A DNA stretch of 64,000 bases from an uncultured Eubacteriales bacterium (GTDB taxonomy: Bacteria; Bacillota; Clostridia; Oscillospirales; Acutalibacteraceae). Every line of letters begins with the position of its first letter. The first letter of the stretch is position 1. Shown piece by piece: positions 29,520 through 39,700 of the stretch. The stretch spans positions 420 to 64,419 of the forward strand of contig CASPLG010000005.1 of assembly GCA_949422855.1 (NCBI GenBank), in the 5' to 3' direction. The translations under genes and the position numbers were made by a program. The notes under the pieces are model-generated. The model had not been told where the DNA came from and ran no database searches. It was given only the letters and a program-made list of their open reading frames with translations.

Positions 29520-30926
29520 ATGGATTATAAGAGTGTTTTTAAGACTGCGTTTGTGTTTTCTGCCGCAATGCTGTGCTTGAATTCAAGTGATACTTCTGCC
29601 TCAGGGATATTCCCTGAAGAGCATTATTTCCTTCCAAAAAATAAAAGCATCCTTGTCTTGCCGCTGGGTAAAATATTTAATGACTTTGTATGGAGCTTCA
29701 GCGATAAAAATATCGCTTTGCTTGATAATAAAGGTGTGATTACAGGCATCAGACAGGGGCAGGGCACCATAAAGGCAAAAAATATAAAAAACGGGCAAAT
29801 TTCAAGCTGCAGTATCACCGTTACCGCAGAAGAACCTGTAAAATCTGTGTATTCATTGCCCAATCAACCCGTGGTCAATTCTAAGTTCAGTATGTGTGCG
29901 GTAACAAATAAAAATGTAGATAATCTGAAATTTGAACTGCTAAGACAAAAAGATAACCCCTTCCAGCTAGCCGCAACCAAATCTGAAATCAGCACAGATA
30001 CATATCTTTGGACGGCACCAATCTTTTTAGACAAAACCGGAAAATATCTTATACGCACCCTCTATTCCTCCGGTAATGGATGGTGCTTTCCCAAAAATGC
30101 CGAAACAACTGCTTTGCTGTCTAGCGAAAATAAGGTAAACTGCCCATCTTCAGAGGCACGGGTTGCCAGCGATAAATGTATAGATTTTATAGCGTCTTGC
30201 GAGGGGTTTACGAGTAAGGCCGCCCCTGATTATAAAAACACTCTTTTTATAGGATTCGGTCATACCATAGAACCATTTGTTCCGTTCAGTAACAATATTC
30301 TGCGTCAGGAGGCTCTTGCCATGCTAATGCACGATGTAAACAATTCTTACTATGGCAAAGTGCTTAATAATTTTCTAGTGAATAACAACGTATTTTTTAA
30401 TCAACAACAATTCGATGCTCTGCTGAGTTTTACATATAACATCGGCATCGGCTGGATAGTCGGTAACAGCGAACTTAAAAATTTAATTTTAAATATAAAT
30501 GGTCAAAATAACATACCTATGGGCAGAGTTGAATCAAAAAATGGGTTAAATCTGAGAAGTGAGCCTTCCATAAAATCAAGGAAAATCGGGGCTTTGAACT
30601 ATGGTGAGACGGTACGCATACTAAATTCCGGAGGGTCTTGGTACCTGGTCAGAACATCAGGCGGCAAAACGGGATACTGTTATGGGGAATTTGTAAAATA
30701 TTACATCCAATCAGGGGGACAGCCGAAAAAGTTAGACGAAATTAATAAAGAAAAGTTTATAGAAGTATTTTCCGCATACCATAATGCCGGAGGTAAACGC
30801 AGCACCGGACTGCTTTCACGACGTTTCCATGAACTTGATATGTTCTTCAAGGGAAAATATAGCAAGTTTAATCACACATATTATAAAAATGCCGGATATA
30901 AAATTCCTATGGGTTTTAATAAATAA
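29520..30926 (+). CDS. Secreted multidomain muramidase: signal peptide, Big_2-like Ig domain(s), GH24 (phage/T4-type) lysozyme domain, SH3b domain
   Basis: A Big_2-like segment (GVITGIRQGQGTIKA), the GH24 pattern IDFIASCEGF...PDY...IGFGHT...FDALLSFTYNIG, and an SH3b-like segment (LNLRSEPS..S.KIGALNYGETV.I......WY.V.T..GKTGY) are present. The ATG at 29520 has a GAGGGGA SD; the ATG at 29502 has none. Confidence 0.75.
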   Translation: MDYKSVFKTAFVFSAAMLCLNSSDTSASGIFPEEHYFLPKNKSILVLPLGKIFNDFVWSFSDKNIALLDNKGVITGIRQGQGTIKAKNIKNGQISSCSITVTAEEPVKSVYSLPNQPVVNSKFSMCAVTNKNVDNLKFELLRQKDNPFQLAATKSEISTDTYLWTAPIFLDKTGKYLIRTLYSSGNGWCFPKNAETTALLSSENKVNCPSSEARVASDKCIDFIASCEGFTSKAAPDYKNTLFIGFGHTIEPFVPFSNNILRQEALAMLMHDVNNSYYGKVLNNFLVNNNVFFNQQQFDALLSFTYNIGIGWIVGNSELKNLILNINGQNNIPMGRVESKNGLNLRSEPSIKSRKIGALNYGETVRILNSGGSWYLVRTSGGKTGYCYGEFVKYYIQSGGQPKKLDEINKEKFIEVFSAYHNAGGKRSTGLLSRRFHELDMFFKGKYSKFNHTYYKNAGYKIPMGFNK

Positions 30927-30949
30927 AATAACAAAGGGTCGGATTTATT

Positions 30950-31795
30950 GTGTTCAAGATTTTAAGCAAAATATCACTCAATTCACGTACTTCTCGTATG
31001 ACCTTGTCTGCCCCAAGTATCGCAAACTCCGCAAAAGCCGGTCAATTTGTCGTAATCAGAGTGGACTCGTTCGGTGAGCGTATCCCGCTTACAATTGCAG
31101 ACTATAACAAAAATGAGGGAACCATCGATATAATATACCAAAAAGTAGGGTTTACTACCTCTAAACTCGATATGAAGAGCAAAGGAGAATACATATCAGA
31201 TGTAGTCGGCCCTTTGGGCAAACCTTCGCAGCTTATGGGATACAAAAACGCCATAATTGTTGCCGGAGGGACCGGTTGTGCAATAGTTTTCCCTCAGGCA
31301 AAGCAGCTCCATGAAAATAATTGCACAGTGAGTACCATATGTGGTTTTCAGCGCAAAGAATTTATTATACTCGAAAAAGAAATATGTGACATTTCAGATT
31401 TTACCCGGATTGTGACAGATGACGGTTCAAATGGTAACAAGGGTCTCGTGACGGATGCCTTGCTCAGTAGATTAGAGGACAAAACACAGCAGTATGACTT
31501 GGTAATTACCGTGGGACCCCTGCCAATGATGAAGGCTGTATGTGCAATAACTAAAAATTTCAGCATTAAAACCATTGTAAGCATGAACCCAATTATGATT
31601 GATGGCACCGGAATGTGCGGGGGATGCAGGGTAAGCGTAAACGGCAAAACTAAGTTTGCCTGCGTAGACGGCCCTGATTTTGATGGACATAAAATAAACT
31701 TTGATGAAATAATACTTAAAGATAAAAATTATTCTTATTTGTACCCGAATAAGCGTGAAAAAAATTGTAAATTACTAAGAGGGTGTAGTGAATAA
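30950..31795 (+). CDS. nfnA: NfnA-type subunit (sulfide/dihydroorotate dehydrogenase-like FAD/NAD-binding protein with C-terminal 2Fe-2S)
   Basis: The product has a ferredoxin-reductase-like fold (RIPLTIAD, GPLG, GGTGCA) plus a C-terminal Cys cluster (GTGMCGGCRV...FACVDGP). It is coupled to the next gene by a 1-nt overlap (TAATG). Confidence 0.75.
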   Translation: MFKILSKISLNSRTSRMTLSAPSIANSAKAGQFVVIRVDSFGERIPLTIADYNKNEGTIDIIYQKVGFTTSKLDMKSKGEYISDVVGPLGKPSQLMGYKNAIIVAGGTGCAIVFPQAKQLHENNCTVSTICGFQRKEFIILEKEICDISDFTRIVTDDGSNGNKGLVTDALLSRLEDKTQQYDLVITVGPLPMMKAVCAITKNFSIKTIVSMNPIMIDGTGMCGGCRVSVNGKTKFACVDGPDFDGHKINFDEIILKDKNYSYLYPNKREKNCKLLRGCSE

Positions 31796-33201
31796 TGCCT
31801 GAAAATAAAAGAATTAATTTATCCAAAACTGATACACCTATGCCTGTCGCTGACCCAAAAGACCGTATAAATACTTTTGACGAGGTCGAAATCGGTTACA
31901 CGGATGCTTTGGCTAAACAAGAGGCTCTAAGATGTCTTGATTGTAAACATAAGCCCTGTGTTTCCGGATGTCCCGTGGGCATAGATATACCGTCTTTTAT
32001 AAAATGTATAGTAAATGATGATATCGATAAAGCAAATGATATTTTATCTAAGTCGAGTGCTCTCCCGGCAGTATGTGGAAGGGTTTGTCCTCAAGAAAAA
32101 CAGTGCCAGGCAAAGTGCGTACGTGGTAAAAACGGCGACCCGGTAGCTATAGGTAAATTGGAAAGGTATGCTGCGGATAACTGCACCGATAAAAAAATAC
32201 AAATACCTAAAAATAACGGTTGTAAAATCGCAGTAATTGGTTCGGGACCATCCGGTATCACCTGTGCAAGAGAACTGGCAATAATGGGATATAAAGTTAC
32301 AATTTATGAGGCTCTGCATTCTCCCGGGGGAGTTATGACATATGGCATACCTGAGTTTCGTTTGCCAAGGGATATACTAGATAAAGAGATACACAATTTA
32401 AGCGAGCTGGGAGTCAGTATTCAGACGAATGTTGTAATAGGTAAAACATTTTCTATTGACGAGCTTATGTCGAAAATGGAATATAAAGCAGTTTATATTT
32501 CTACAGGAGCCGGAACCCCAAAATTTATGGAAATCCCGGGCGAAACCCTCCCCGGAGTCTACTCTGCAAATGAATTTTTAACCAGAATAAACTTAATGCA
32601 CGCTTACTCCAGCAAATATGACACCCCTATAATGCAACCAAAACGAACCGTTGTAATCGGCGGTGGAAATGTCGCTATGGATGCCGCAAGATGTGCCGTA
32701 CGATTGAATTCGGATGTTACAGTCGTTTATCGGCGCAGCGAAGAAGATATGCCCGCTAGGAAAGAAGAAATATTACATGCTAAAGAGGAGGGTGTAAAAT
32801 TTCAATTCTTGAGCCAGCCTATAAGAATTCACGATAAAAACGGTAAAATATCCTGCGTGGAATGTAATAAAATGAAATATACAACTTCTACAGCGTCAAG
32901 TGTCAAAAAATTATCTAAAGCCGGTGATGAAACTTTTTTCATAGAAACAGACTGTGTGATAATTGCCATAGGTAGCTGTGTCAACTCAATAATAAAGGAA
33001 AACAGCACCGGGGTTGATTTTGATGCTTCAGGGAAAATTATCGCAAATGCCGAAACAATGCAGACGTCAAAGCCGGGGGTTTATGCCGGCGGAGATGCCG
33101 TGACCGGTTCTGCAACTGTGATTCTTGCAATGGAAGCGGGTAAAAAGGCAGCTATGAATATACATAAAGACCTTATGGAAAAAGGAGAGGTTTTTGTATA
33201 G
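31795..33201 (+). CDS. nfnB: NfnB-type subunit (glutamate synthase small-chain homologue; 2x[4Fe-4S], FAD/NADPH)
   Basis: The product contains EALRCLDCK..PC...CPV, CGRVCP.E.QC, two Rossmann motifs (VIGSGPSG, VIGGGNVAMD) and GDAVTG. Confidence 0.8.
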   Translation: MPENKRINLSKTDTPMPVADPKDRINTFDEVEIGYTDALAKQEALRCLDCKHKPCVSGCPVGIDIPSFIKCIVNDDIDKANDILSKSSALPAVCGRVCPQEKQCQAKCVRGKNGDPVAIGKLERYAADNCTDKKIQIPKNNGCKIAVIGSGPSGITCARELAIMGYKVTIYEALHSPGGVMTYGIPEFRLPRDILDKEIHNLSELGVSIQTNVVIGKTFSIDELMSKMEYKAVYISTGAGTPKFMEIPGETLPGVYSANEFLTRINLMHAYSSKYDTPIMQPKRTVVIGGGNVAMDAARCAVRLNSDVTVVYRRSEEDMPARKEEILHAKEEGVKFQFLSQPIRIHDKNGKISCVECNKMKYTTSTASSVKKLSKAGDETFFIETDCVIIAIGSCVNSIIKENSTGVDFDASGKIIANAETMQTSKPGVYAGGDAVTGSATVILAMEAGKKAAMNIHKDLMEKGEVFV

Positions 33202-33206
33202 AGAAA

Positions 33207-33827
33207 ATGTGTGTTAACAACATAAAAGTACATATAAATTTTTACTTTTTGGCGTTTATAGTGTATGTAATAATTTCTGACTCAACAGGTATTATATTAA
33301 TAGGGGTTATATCTACGTTTTTGCACGAAATAGGTCATATAGCTGCTATGTTGTTTAAAAATCACTGTGTTCAAGAAATTAAAATCGGTTTTTTCCACGT
33401 AGATATAATGGACAATAATAGACAGATTATTAATTATAACGATGATTTGCTTATTTTGTTTGCCGGCTCCGCATTTAATTTTATGACCGCTTTTGTAAGT
33501 ATGGTTTTATTTTATTTTACGCACAAGTATACCTTTTGCCTCTTTATATATACAAATCTTGCAATGGGGATAATGAATTTGCTCCCCATATCTTCGCTCG
33601 ATGGCGGAGAGATTGTTTATATTATCCTGAGTAACTTTTTTACACCTAAGACTGCCAGCATATTATATAATATCATCTCTATTATCTTCCTTATGCCTCT
33701 ATCCTTAGTCGGATTTATGGTGCTCCTAAATTCAAAATATAATTTTTCGTTGTTATTTATCTGCTGTTACTTAATTTATGCCCTTTTATCAAAAAATGAG
33801 AGAATTTATTTGCACGATATGTTATAA
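33207..33827 (+). CDS. Site-2 protease (M50) family membrane metalloprotease, minimal form
   Basis: HEIGH lies in a TM helix and a second S2P motif, NLLPISSLDGGEIV, is present. The product is 206 aa, all membrane, with no PDZ or CBS domain. Confidence 0.65.
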   Translation: MCVNNIKVHINFYFLAFIVYVIISDSTGIILIGVISTFLHEIGHIAAMLFKNHCVQEIKIGFFHVDIMDNNRQIINYNDDLLILFAGSAFNFMTAFVSMVLFYFTHKYTFCLFIYTNLAMGIMNLLPISSLDGGEIVYIILSNFFTPKTASILYNIISIIFLMPLSLVGFMVLLNSKYNFSLLFICCYLIYALLSKNERIYLHDML

Positions 33828-33877
33828 TTTGTGCGGGTTCTATCATATTAATAAAAAAATAATTAGGATGTGTTTTT

Positions 33878-34390
33878 ATGTCATTTAAAGAAATTGATGT
33901 CAATTCTCTGAAAATCGCTCCCTTCTCCTCATTTCAAAATGATTGGGCACTGGTCACTGCGGGAAATAAGCAAAGTTTAAATACCATGACCGTAAGCTGG
34001 GGCGCACTGGGAGTTATATGGCAAAAACCGGTTACATTTATCTTCATACGCCCCCAAAGATACACTTTTGAGTTCCTGGAGAAAAACGATTATTACTCTT
34101 TGAGTTTCTTGAAAGACGGGTTTAAAAATATCCTCGGCATATGCGGAAGCAAATCCGGACGTAACTTTGATAAAATAAAAGAAACCGGACTTATCCCAAT
34201 TTTCGACCGTAAAGCACCTTATTTTGACCAGTCTAAATTGGCGTTTATATGCAGAAAAATTCACGCTCAATTTATTGACCCGTCGTGTTTCGTGGATGAG
34301 AGTATAAACTCCGAATATAAAAATAAAGACTATCATAAAATATTTGTAGGTGAAATAGAAAAGTGTTTGGTGACGTGCGAAAATGAATAA
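33878..34390 (+). CDS. Flavin reductase-like (FMN-binding split-barrel) protein
   Basis: A WALVTAG...NTMTVSWG..G..W.KP pattern and a length of about 170 aa are typical of this family. Confidence 0.7.
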   Translation: MSFKEIDVNSLKIAPFSSFQNDWALVTAGNKQSLNTMTVSWGALGVIWQKPVTFIFIRPQRYTFEFLEKNDYYSLSFLKDGFKNILGICGSKSGRNFDKIKETGLIPIFDRKAPYFDQSKLAFICRKIHAQFIDPSCFVDESINSEYKNKDYHKIFVGEIEKCLVTCENE

Positions 34391-35117
34391 AACCGTTGTT
34401 ATTACCGGGGCATCCGGAGGGATAGGTCGCCAGACAGCAATAGACTTTTCTGGTTTAGGGTACAATATCGTAATAGGATATAATAATTCTAAAAATCAAG
34501 CCTTGGATCTCGTTTCATGCCTTAGAAAAACTAATCCAAACGTTATTGCGGTAAAGGCAGACTTAGCTCGGGAGCACGAGGCTAGAAATTTGATTTTATC
34601 CGCAGCGGAACAATTTACTCACATTGATGTTCTGGTAAATAATGCCGCAATCTCAACCCAAAAATTGTTTACTGACATAACCAAAGATGAATGGGATAGG
34701 ACATTTGACGTGAACTTGGGCGGAGTTTTTGTTTGTACGCAGGAAACGGTCAAATATATGATAAAAAGAAAAAAAGGAAAAATTATAAACATCTCATCTA
34801 TATGGGGGCTAACCGGTGCGGCATGTGAAGTGCATTATTCGTCGTCCAAAGCCGCCATTATAGGTTTTACAAAAGCACTCGCAAAAGAGTTAGGTCCTTC
34901 GGGAATACAAGTAAATTGTATCGCACCGGGGGTTATAGATACACAAATGAACAAGCATCTAACTGAAGATTCTATCAGAGAATTAATAGACGCCACCCCG
35001 CTATGCCGCCTTGGTACCCCCAAAGATATATCAAAGGCTATTTTATTCCTGGCGGGCGAAGATTCGGATTTCATAACCGGACAAGTTATAAGTCCAAATG
35101 GAGGATTTTTAATCTGA
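34383..35117 (+). CDS. Short-chain dehydrogenase/reductase, FabG-like
   Basis: The product has TGASGGIG, NNAAI, the YSSSKAA catalytic tetrad and PGVIDT. It overlaps the previous gene by 8 nt. Confidence 0.85.
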   Translation: MNKTVVITGASGGIGRQTAIDFSGLGYNIVIGYNNSKNQALDLVSCLRKTNPNVIAVKADLAREHEARNLILSAAEQFTHIDVLVNNAAISTQKLFTDITKDEWDRTFDVNLGGVFVCTQETVKYMIKRKKGKIINISSIWGLTGAACEVHYSSSKAAIIGFTKALAKELGPSGIQVNCIAPGVIDTQMNKHLTEDSIRELIDATPLCRLGTPKDISKAILFLAGEDSDFITGQVISPNGGFLI

Positions 35118-35414
35118 CCTTTTATTTTCCTCCAAGTGCACAAAATTATAGTCTTTAGACATAAGTTTACAAATCTTTTGCGTTTCCTCATCCATTCCCT
35201 TATCCACACATATAATTTCGTGGTTTTCGTTCTTCCACCGCACTTTGTTCACCGCTTCTCTCAGAATAAATTCAATATCTTCTTTGTGCCCCCCAATTGG
35301 AATAATTACGTCTTGCGCTAAATCCTCCTCCCTGTTTATGCCGCGTATGATATTTTTAAGCAGAAATACTGTTGTTAGTATTGTTAGTGAAATTAAGGCT
35401 AGCGTTGTAAGCAT
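35109..35414 (-). CDS. Small N-terminally membrane-anchored hypothetical protein (101 aa)
   Basis: A GAGGTGA SD lies 5 nt before the ATG. The product has one TM helix, then VIIPIGGHKEDIEFILREAV....W.....IICVDKGMDEET..I, which resembles the first beta-alpha-beta of GT-A (GT2) folds. Confidence 0.5.
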   Translation of the reverse strand: MLTTLALISLTILTTVFLLKNIIRGINREEDLAQDVIIPIGGHKEDIEFILREAVNKVRWKNENHEIICVDKGMDEETQKICKLMSKDYNFVHLEENKRSD

Positions 35415-35602
35415 AATTACTCACCTCTTCTTAGCATAATATGTAAAATCAGTTTTTTTGTCCTGGTAAAATTCAATCATTGCAAAACTGATTGGACAAT
35501 GTAGTTTTACTTAGGTAAGTTAGACATTTAAAACGTAATAGAAAATCCGAGTAGCTAATCACTGCCCGGATTTTTCTAATGTAAATGCTTATAAATTTAG
35601 AC

Positions 35603-36112
35603 CTATTGTTCACTGTCGTCAGAATCAGAGTCTAAATCGGTATCCGAATCGGAATCTGTTTCACTGCATCCGCAGTCGCAGTCAGAACAAACGCATTCAT
35701 CGCTGTCATCTAATTCCAGATCTATATTTTGTCCGCAGTTCGGGCAGCATACACCGTCACTGTCCTCCAAAGTATCTTCAGATAAACATACCGTAGTGTT
35801 GCATGCCGGGCAGTCTATCTCATAAAACATACCATCATTTTCTTCGTGCCGGTGCTCTTTGTTCCTGCCCCGGTGTCCATGTCCGCCGTGACAGTCACAT
35901 ATGCGGTCATGTATTTCATCAACCTCGTCAGATATATCTTCCAACTGATCCGTGGCATCGTCCACCCCATTTTCTAACTCAGAAATAGATTCTGCCATAT
36001 CCTTTAATAAATCTACAATCTCAAGTATCGCTTTGCCTTCCTTACTCTCTTTATCTAAGCCGAAACCTTCAACCAATCCTTTTATATATGATGCTTTCTC
36101 ATTCAAAGTCAT
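35603..36112 (-). CDS. Acidic Cys/His-rich zinc-ribbon protein (resembles the clostridial CD1247 N-terminal-domain family found next to efp)
   Basis: The product has a helical N-domain (ASYIKGLVEG..LDKESKEGK....IVDLL), a His-rich linker (CDCHGGHGHRG..EHRHEE), a ribbon CPAC-x23-CPNC, and a DSD/CxC-rich acidic tail. The family name is from memory and was not searched. Confidence 0.6.
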   Translation of the reverse strand: MTLNEKASYIKGLVEGFGLDKESKEGKAILEIVDLLKDMAESISELENGVDDATDQLEDISDEVDEIHDRICDCHGGHGHRGRNKEHRHEENDGMFYEIDCPACNTTVCLSEDTLEDSDGVCCPNCGQNIDLELDDSDECVCSDCDCGCSETDSDSDTDLDSDSDDSEQ

Positions 36113-36142
36113 AAACCTATACCTCCTATATTTTATTTCTTA

Positions 36143-36700
36143 CTATGCTCTTTCCATGTATTCGCCGGTTCTGGTGTCTATCCTTATCATGTCCCCCTCA
36201 TCTATGAACAGCGGCACCTTTATCTCTGCACCCGTCTCCAGTATCGCAGGCTTCATTACGTTAGTCGCAGTATCTCCCTTAAAACCAGGGTCGGTTTGTG
36301 TAACCTCAAGTTCTACGAAAAATGGCGGCTCAACCCCAAAAACATTCCCCTTATAGGACATTACTTTACATACCATGTTTTCCTTTACAAATTTAAAGTT
36401 GTCACCTAAAACGTCTTTGTTAATCGGAATTTGCTCAAACGTTTCCATGTCCATAAAATACCGCAAATCCCCGTCACTGTAGAGATACTGCATATCCCTG
36501 CGCTCTATAAAAGCCTCTGGATATTTGTCATTAGGGTTAAATGTCCTTTCTACCACACTTCCTGTTATTACGTTCTTAAGCTTCGTCCTTACAAACGCTG
36601 CCCCTTTCCCGGGTTTTACATGCTGGAACTCCACTACGGACACAACACTGCCATCTAATTCAAATGTCGCTCCATTCCTAAAATCACCTGCAGATATCAT
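36143..36700 (-). CDS. efp: Elongation factor P
   Basis: The 185-aa product contains [25 protein letters not shown] and three OB/KOW-like domains. Confidence 0.95.
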   Translation of the reverse strand: MISAGDFRNGATFELDGSVVSVVEFQHVKPGKGAAFVRTKLKNVITGSVVERTFNPNDKYPEAFIERRDMQYLYSDGDLRYFMDMETFEQIPINKDVLGDNFKFVKENMVCKVMSYKGNVFGVEPPFFVELEVTQTDPGFKGDTATNVMKPAILETGAEIKVPLFIDEGDMIRIDTRTGEYMERA

Positions 36701-36767
36701 TATTCTTCCTCCCGAATAAATTTATACACTTATATTCTACCTGTATATTCATATATTTTCAAGTCAA

Positions 36768-39700
36768 TTATGTGTCTTTATTTTTTTCTCCCCTATGCAA
36801 TATTATAAATATCCATATTGCAAAGAGTGCTATTATTATCGCTGTGATCAAAAACTCGTTGTTTAAAATCCAGGCCAGCATTTTGTCCCAAAGGCTTCCT
36901 CCCGATGTCGTGTCTACGGTATTACCGGTTATAGGATTGGTTTTTGTCCCGCTTGTGGAATTGCTTATCCCGGAGTCATCGTCCACTATTGCGGATAGCT
37001 CTTGCCCAAGAATTTGTTTTTTTGTTTCTTCTTCATTGTCCGTGAGCCCCGCCAAAGACACAGTGACATTATTCGCCTCTTCAACATAATTTTCTACCTT
37101 CTTACCCGCTGCGGCAAAAATACTAAATGATGAAGTCTCAAACTTTGCATATCCGTTGCTTATCAAGACATCTAAATATTCTATACTGCCGCTCTCTTTC
37201 TCATGTACTATTACCGTATTTATATATCCTTTAGGAACCTCCAGGGGTAAAACCACTCCCACTTTTTGATTCTCCTGCGGCTCATATTTTTCTCCGGTAA
37301 GTGAGTTTATAAGCGAAATTTCATAGTGCTCTATCACAGTCTTTCTTTCCATTTTCTCGTTGAGCCTTTTTGCAGATTCAGCATCTCCGTCAAGCGGTAC
37401 AACATTTACCTTTATCTGCCAGTCAAGTCCGCTTACCCTTACGTCATTTGACTCATGATGTATTTCCGACGTCTGCGTTTGCAGTATTTTTAGCTTGTCT
37501 AGGTTGGTTACAAGCTTTTGCCTATCCTCCGGCAAATTATTATACGCTCTGCTCACACTAACTACTTTAGCCGCATCCTCAGCGGTAGTCACTTTGTCGG
37601 GAAGTGCCGCAATCATCTCTATTACGGACTCTTCTACATTTTTTTCGGAATATTTTACGCTCACTTCGCAGTCCGACCCAACACTCACAATCTGATATAC
37701 TCCGCCGTTTGCAGAAAGCACGTTATTTCCATCCAAAAGTACCATAATCTGAGAAGCATCATATTCGTCCTTAAGTGCAACCTTAAAGTTAAGTGTCCCG
37801 CCGTACTCTACCTCTAAATACCCTGAAAAATCCTTGTTTTTCTCGGTGCGGTAAATAACCCCTTCAGTAGGTTTAAATGTCACTTTGTAGGTATTTTTCT
37901 TTACGTTGGAAATTTCTACTATCGTATCCCCTGTGATGTTCTCTACCGTATATACATTGTTTTCCGGGGAAATAGGCTGCGACCTGCCCTTTACCGTCAC
38001 CAAAGGTACGGATTTATCATATGCAGTGTCTATAGAGAGCCTAAAACTGAAACTATCCCCATATTTTACACTTTGTTTGCTTTCCATGGCATTTCCGCCC
38101 GTATCCATTACCGCTACTCCGTCCGATGAGCGTATCTCTACGTTGCAAACACCCCTTTGTGCATTTTCCACAACTACCGTGTAATCCATATTGATATTCG
38201 GTATACTGTAAACTCCATCAACCGGATTTATAACCGTTCTGTCACCGTCCTTGCCCTTTATTGAAACCGAAACATCCGATAAATTATACCCCTCGTTCGG
38301 ACTGAGCATAAATTTAAATTCCTGACCATATGAAACAGTTTGTTCGCCCTTTATTTCAGACGTCCCATACGCATCCTTATACGTTACGCCGGTTACTTCG
38401 GTAAGATTTATTTTATAAGTGTTTAACTCTACGTTCGACACTATAACATCCGTGTCTTGAGTGATATTTTTAATAGTATAAATTCCTCTTTCAAAAAGCA
38501 ATTGCGACGTTTCGGGACTTAAACTAACCGTCATTTTATCCTTTGACTGCGTATACGATTCATCCAGAGAAACTTTAAAGCTATAATCGCTTCCGTTGTC
38601 AACTTCTATCTTCTTAAGAGTGGAAAGTTCATTGTCATCAGTGTCCTTAAACGTAACCCCAGCTACATACTTTAGATTTATATACACCTTTGTCGCTTTA
38701 ACCCCCGTTACATTTACATCTATGTCCTCAGTTACATTCTCAATAGTATACTTTCCATCCACAAGGTCTATAGGCTTTTGGTTTGCAGTAACGCTTATAT
38801 CGCTTATATCATAACCCTCTTTGGCTCTGATTTTAAAACTGAAATTGCCTCCGTGCAGCATGGAACCCGATGTTATGGTCTGACCGTCCTCATTTACAAA
38901 TTCTATTCCGGCAACGCTTGTGGGCAGAGAAATTGCATATTCACTTTTTCCAACAGAGTCAGAAAGTATCGTCATATTGCCCTGCACATTCGAAACAGTA
39001 TACGTAAATCTGCCGTCCTCTTCTATTTTTGTGCCACCGGGCAAACTCGCACTTTGAGTCGCGAGCGAAACAAATGCCTTATTCCCTTCATCATCCATAA
39101 TGTATACCTTATATCCCCTGAGTAAGTTATATCCACTCTGAGCTTTAATTGAAAACTCGAAACTTTCCCCAAACTTTACAGAGGAACTTGTTACTTGCGA
39201 ACCGTCGGTCTTATAAAAATCAATTCCCTCTCCCTTATAGATCACCATGTACTCATTGGGCTCTATCCCTTTTATCGATATATTTGCATCACCGGTAACA
39301 GACTGAATTGTAAATCCTCCGTCAACTTCTGCTACTATCCCACTTTCTGCAGGATCAATCTCCACAGTGACGGCATGTGTATTGTATCCCGTATCAGCGA
39401 CAACCTCAAAACTAAAATCAGAGAGATATTCCGCTTGCTCCGTTGCCCCAATAGGCGTACCATCCGGTTTTTGAAGCTTTGCTCCAACAAGGTCTGTCGG
39501 GAAATTGAGGTTATAAAATCTCTTACCCGCCCCCGATACGTTTATAACCGTGTCCTCCTTTACGTTGGATACCGTGAATACACCATTTTTATCCGGTTTG
39601 CTTATGCGTACACCGGTACTGCTCTCATCCCCCGGCGTTATCTGTTTATTTTTTACGGAAAATACAATGCCATTTTCAAGGTCAATTTCATATCCCGTGT

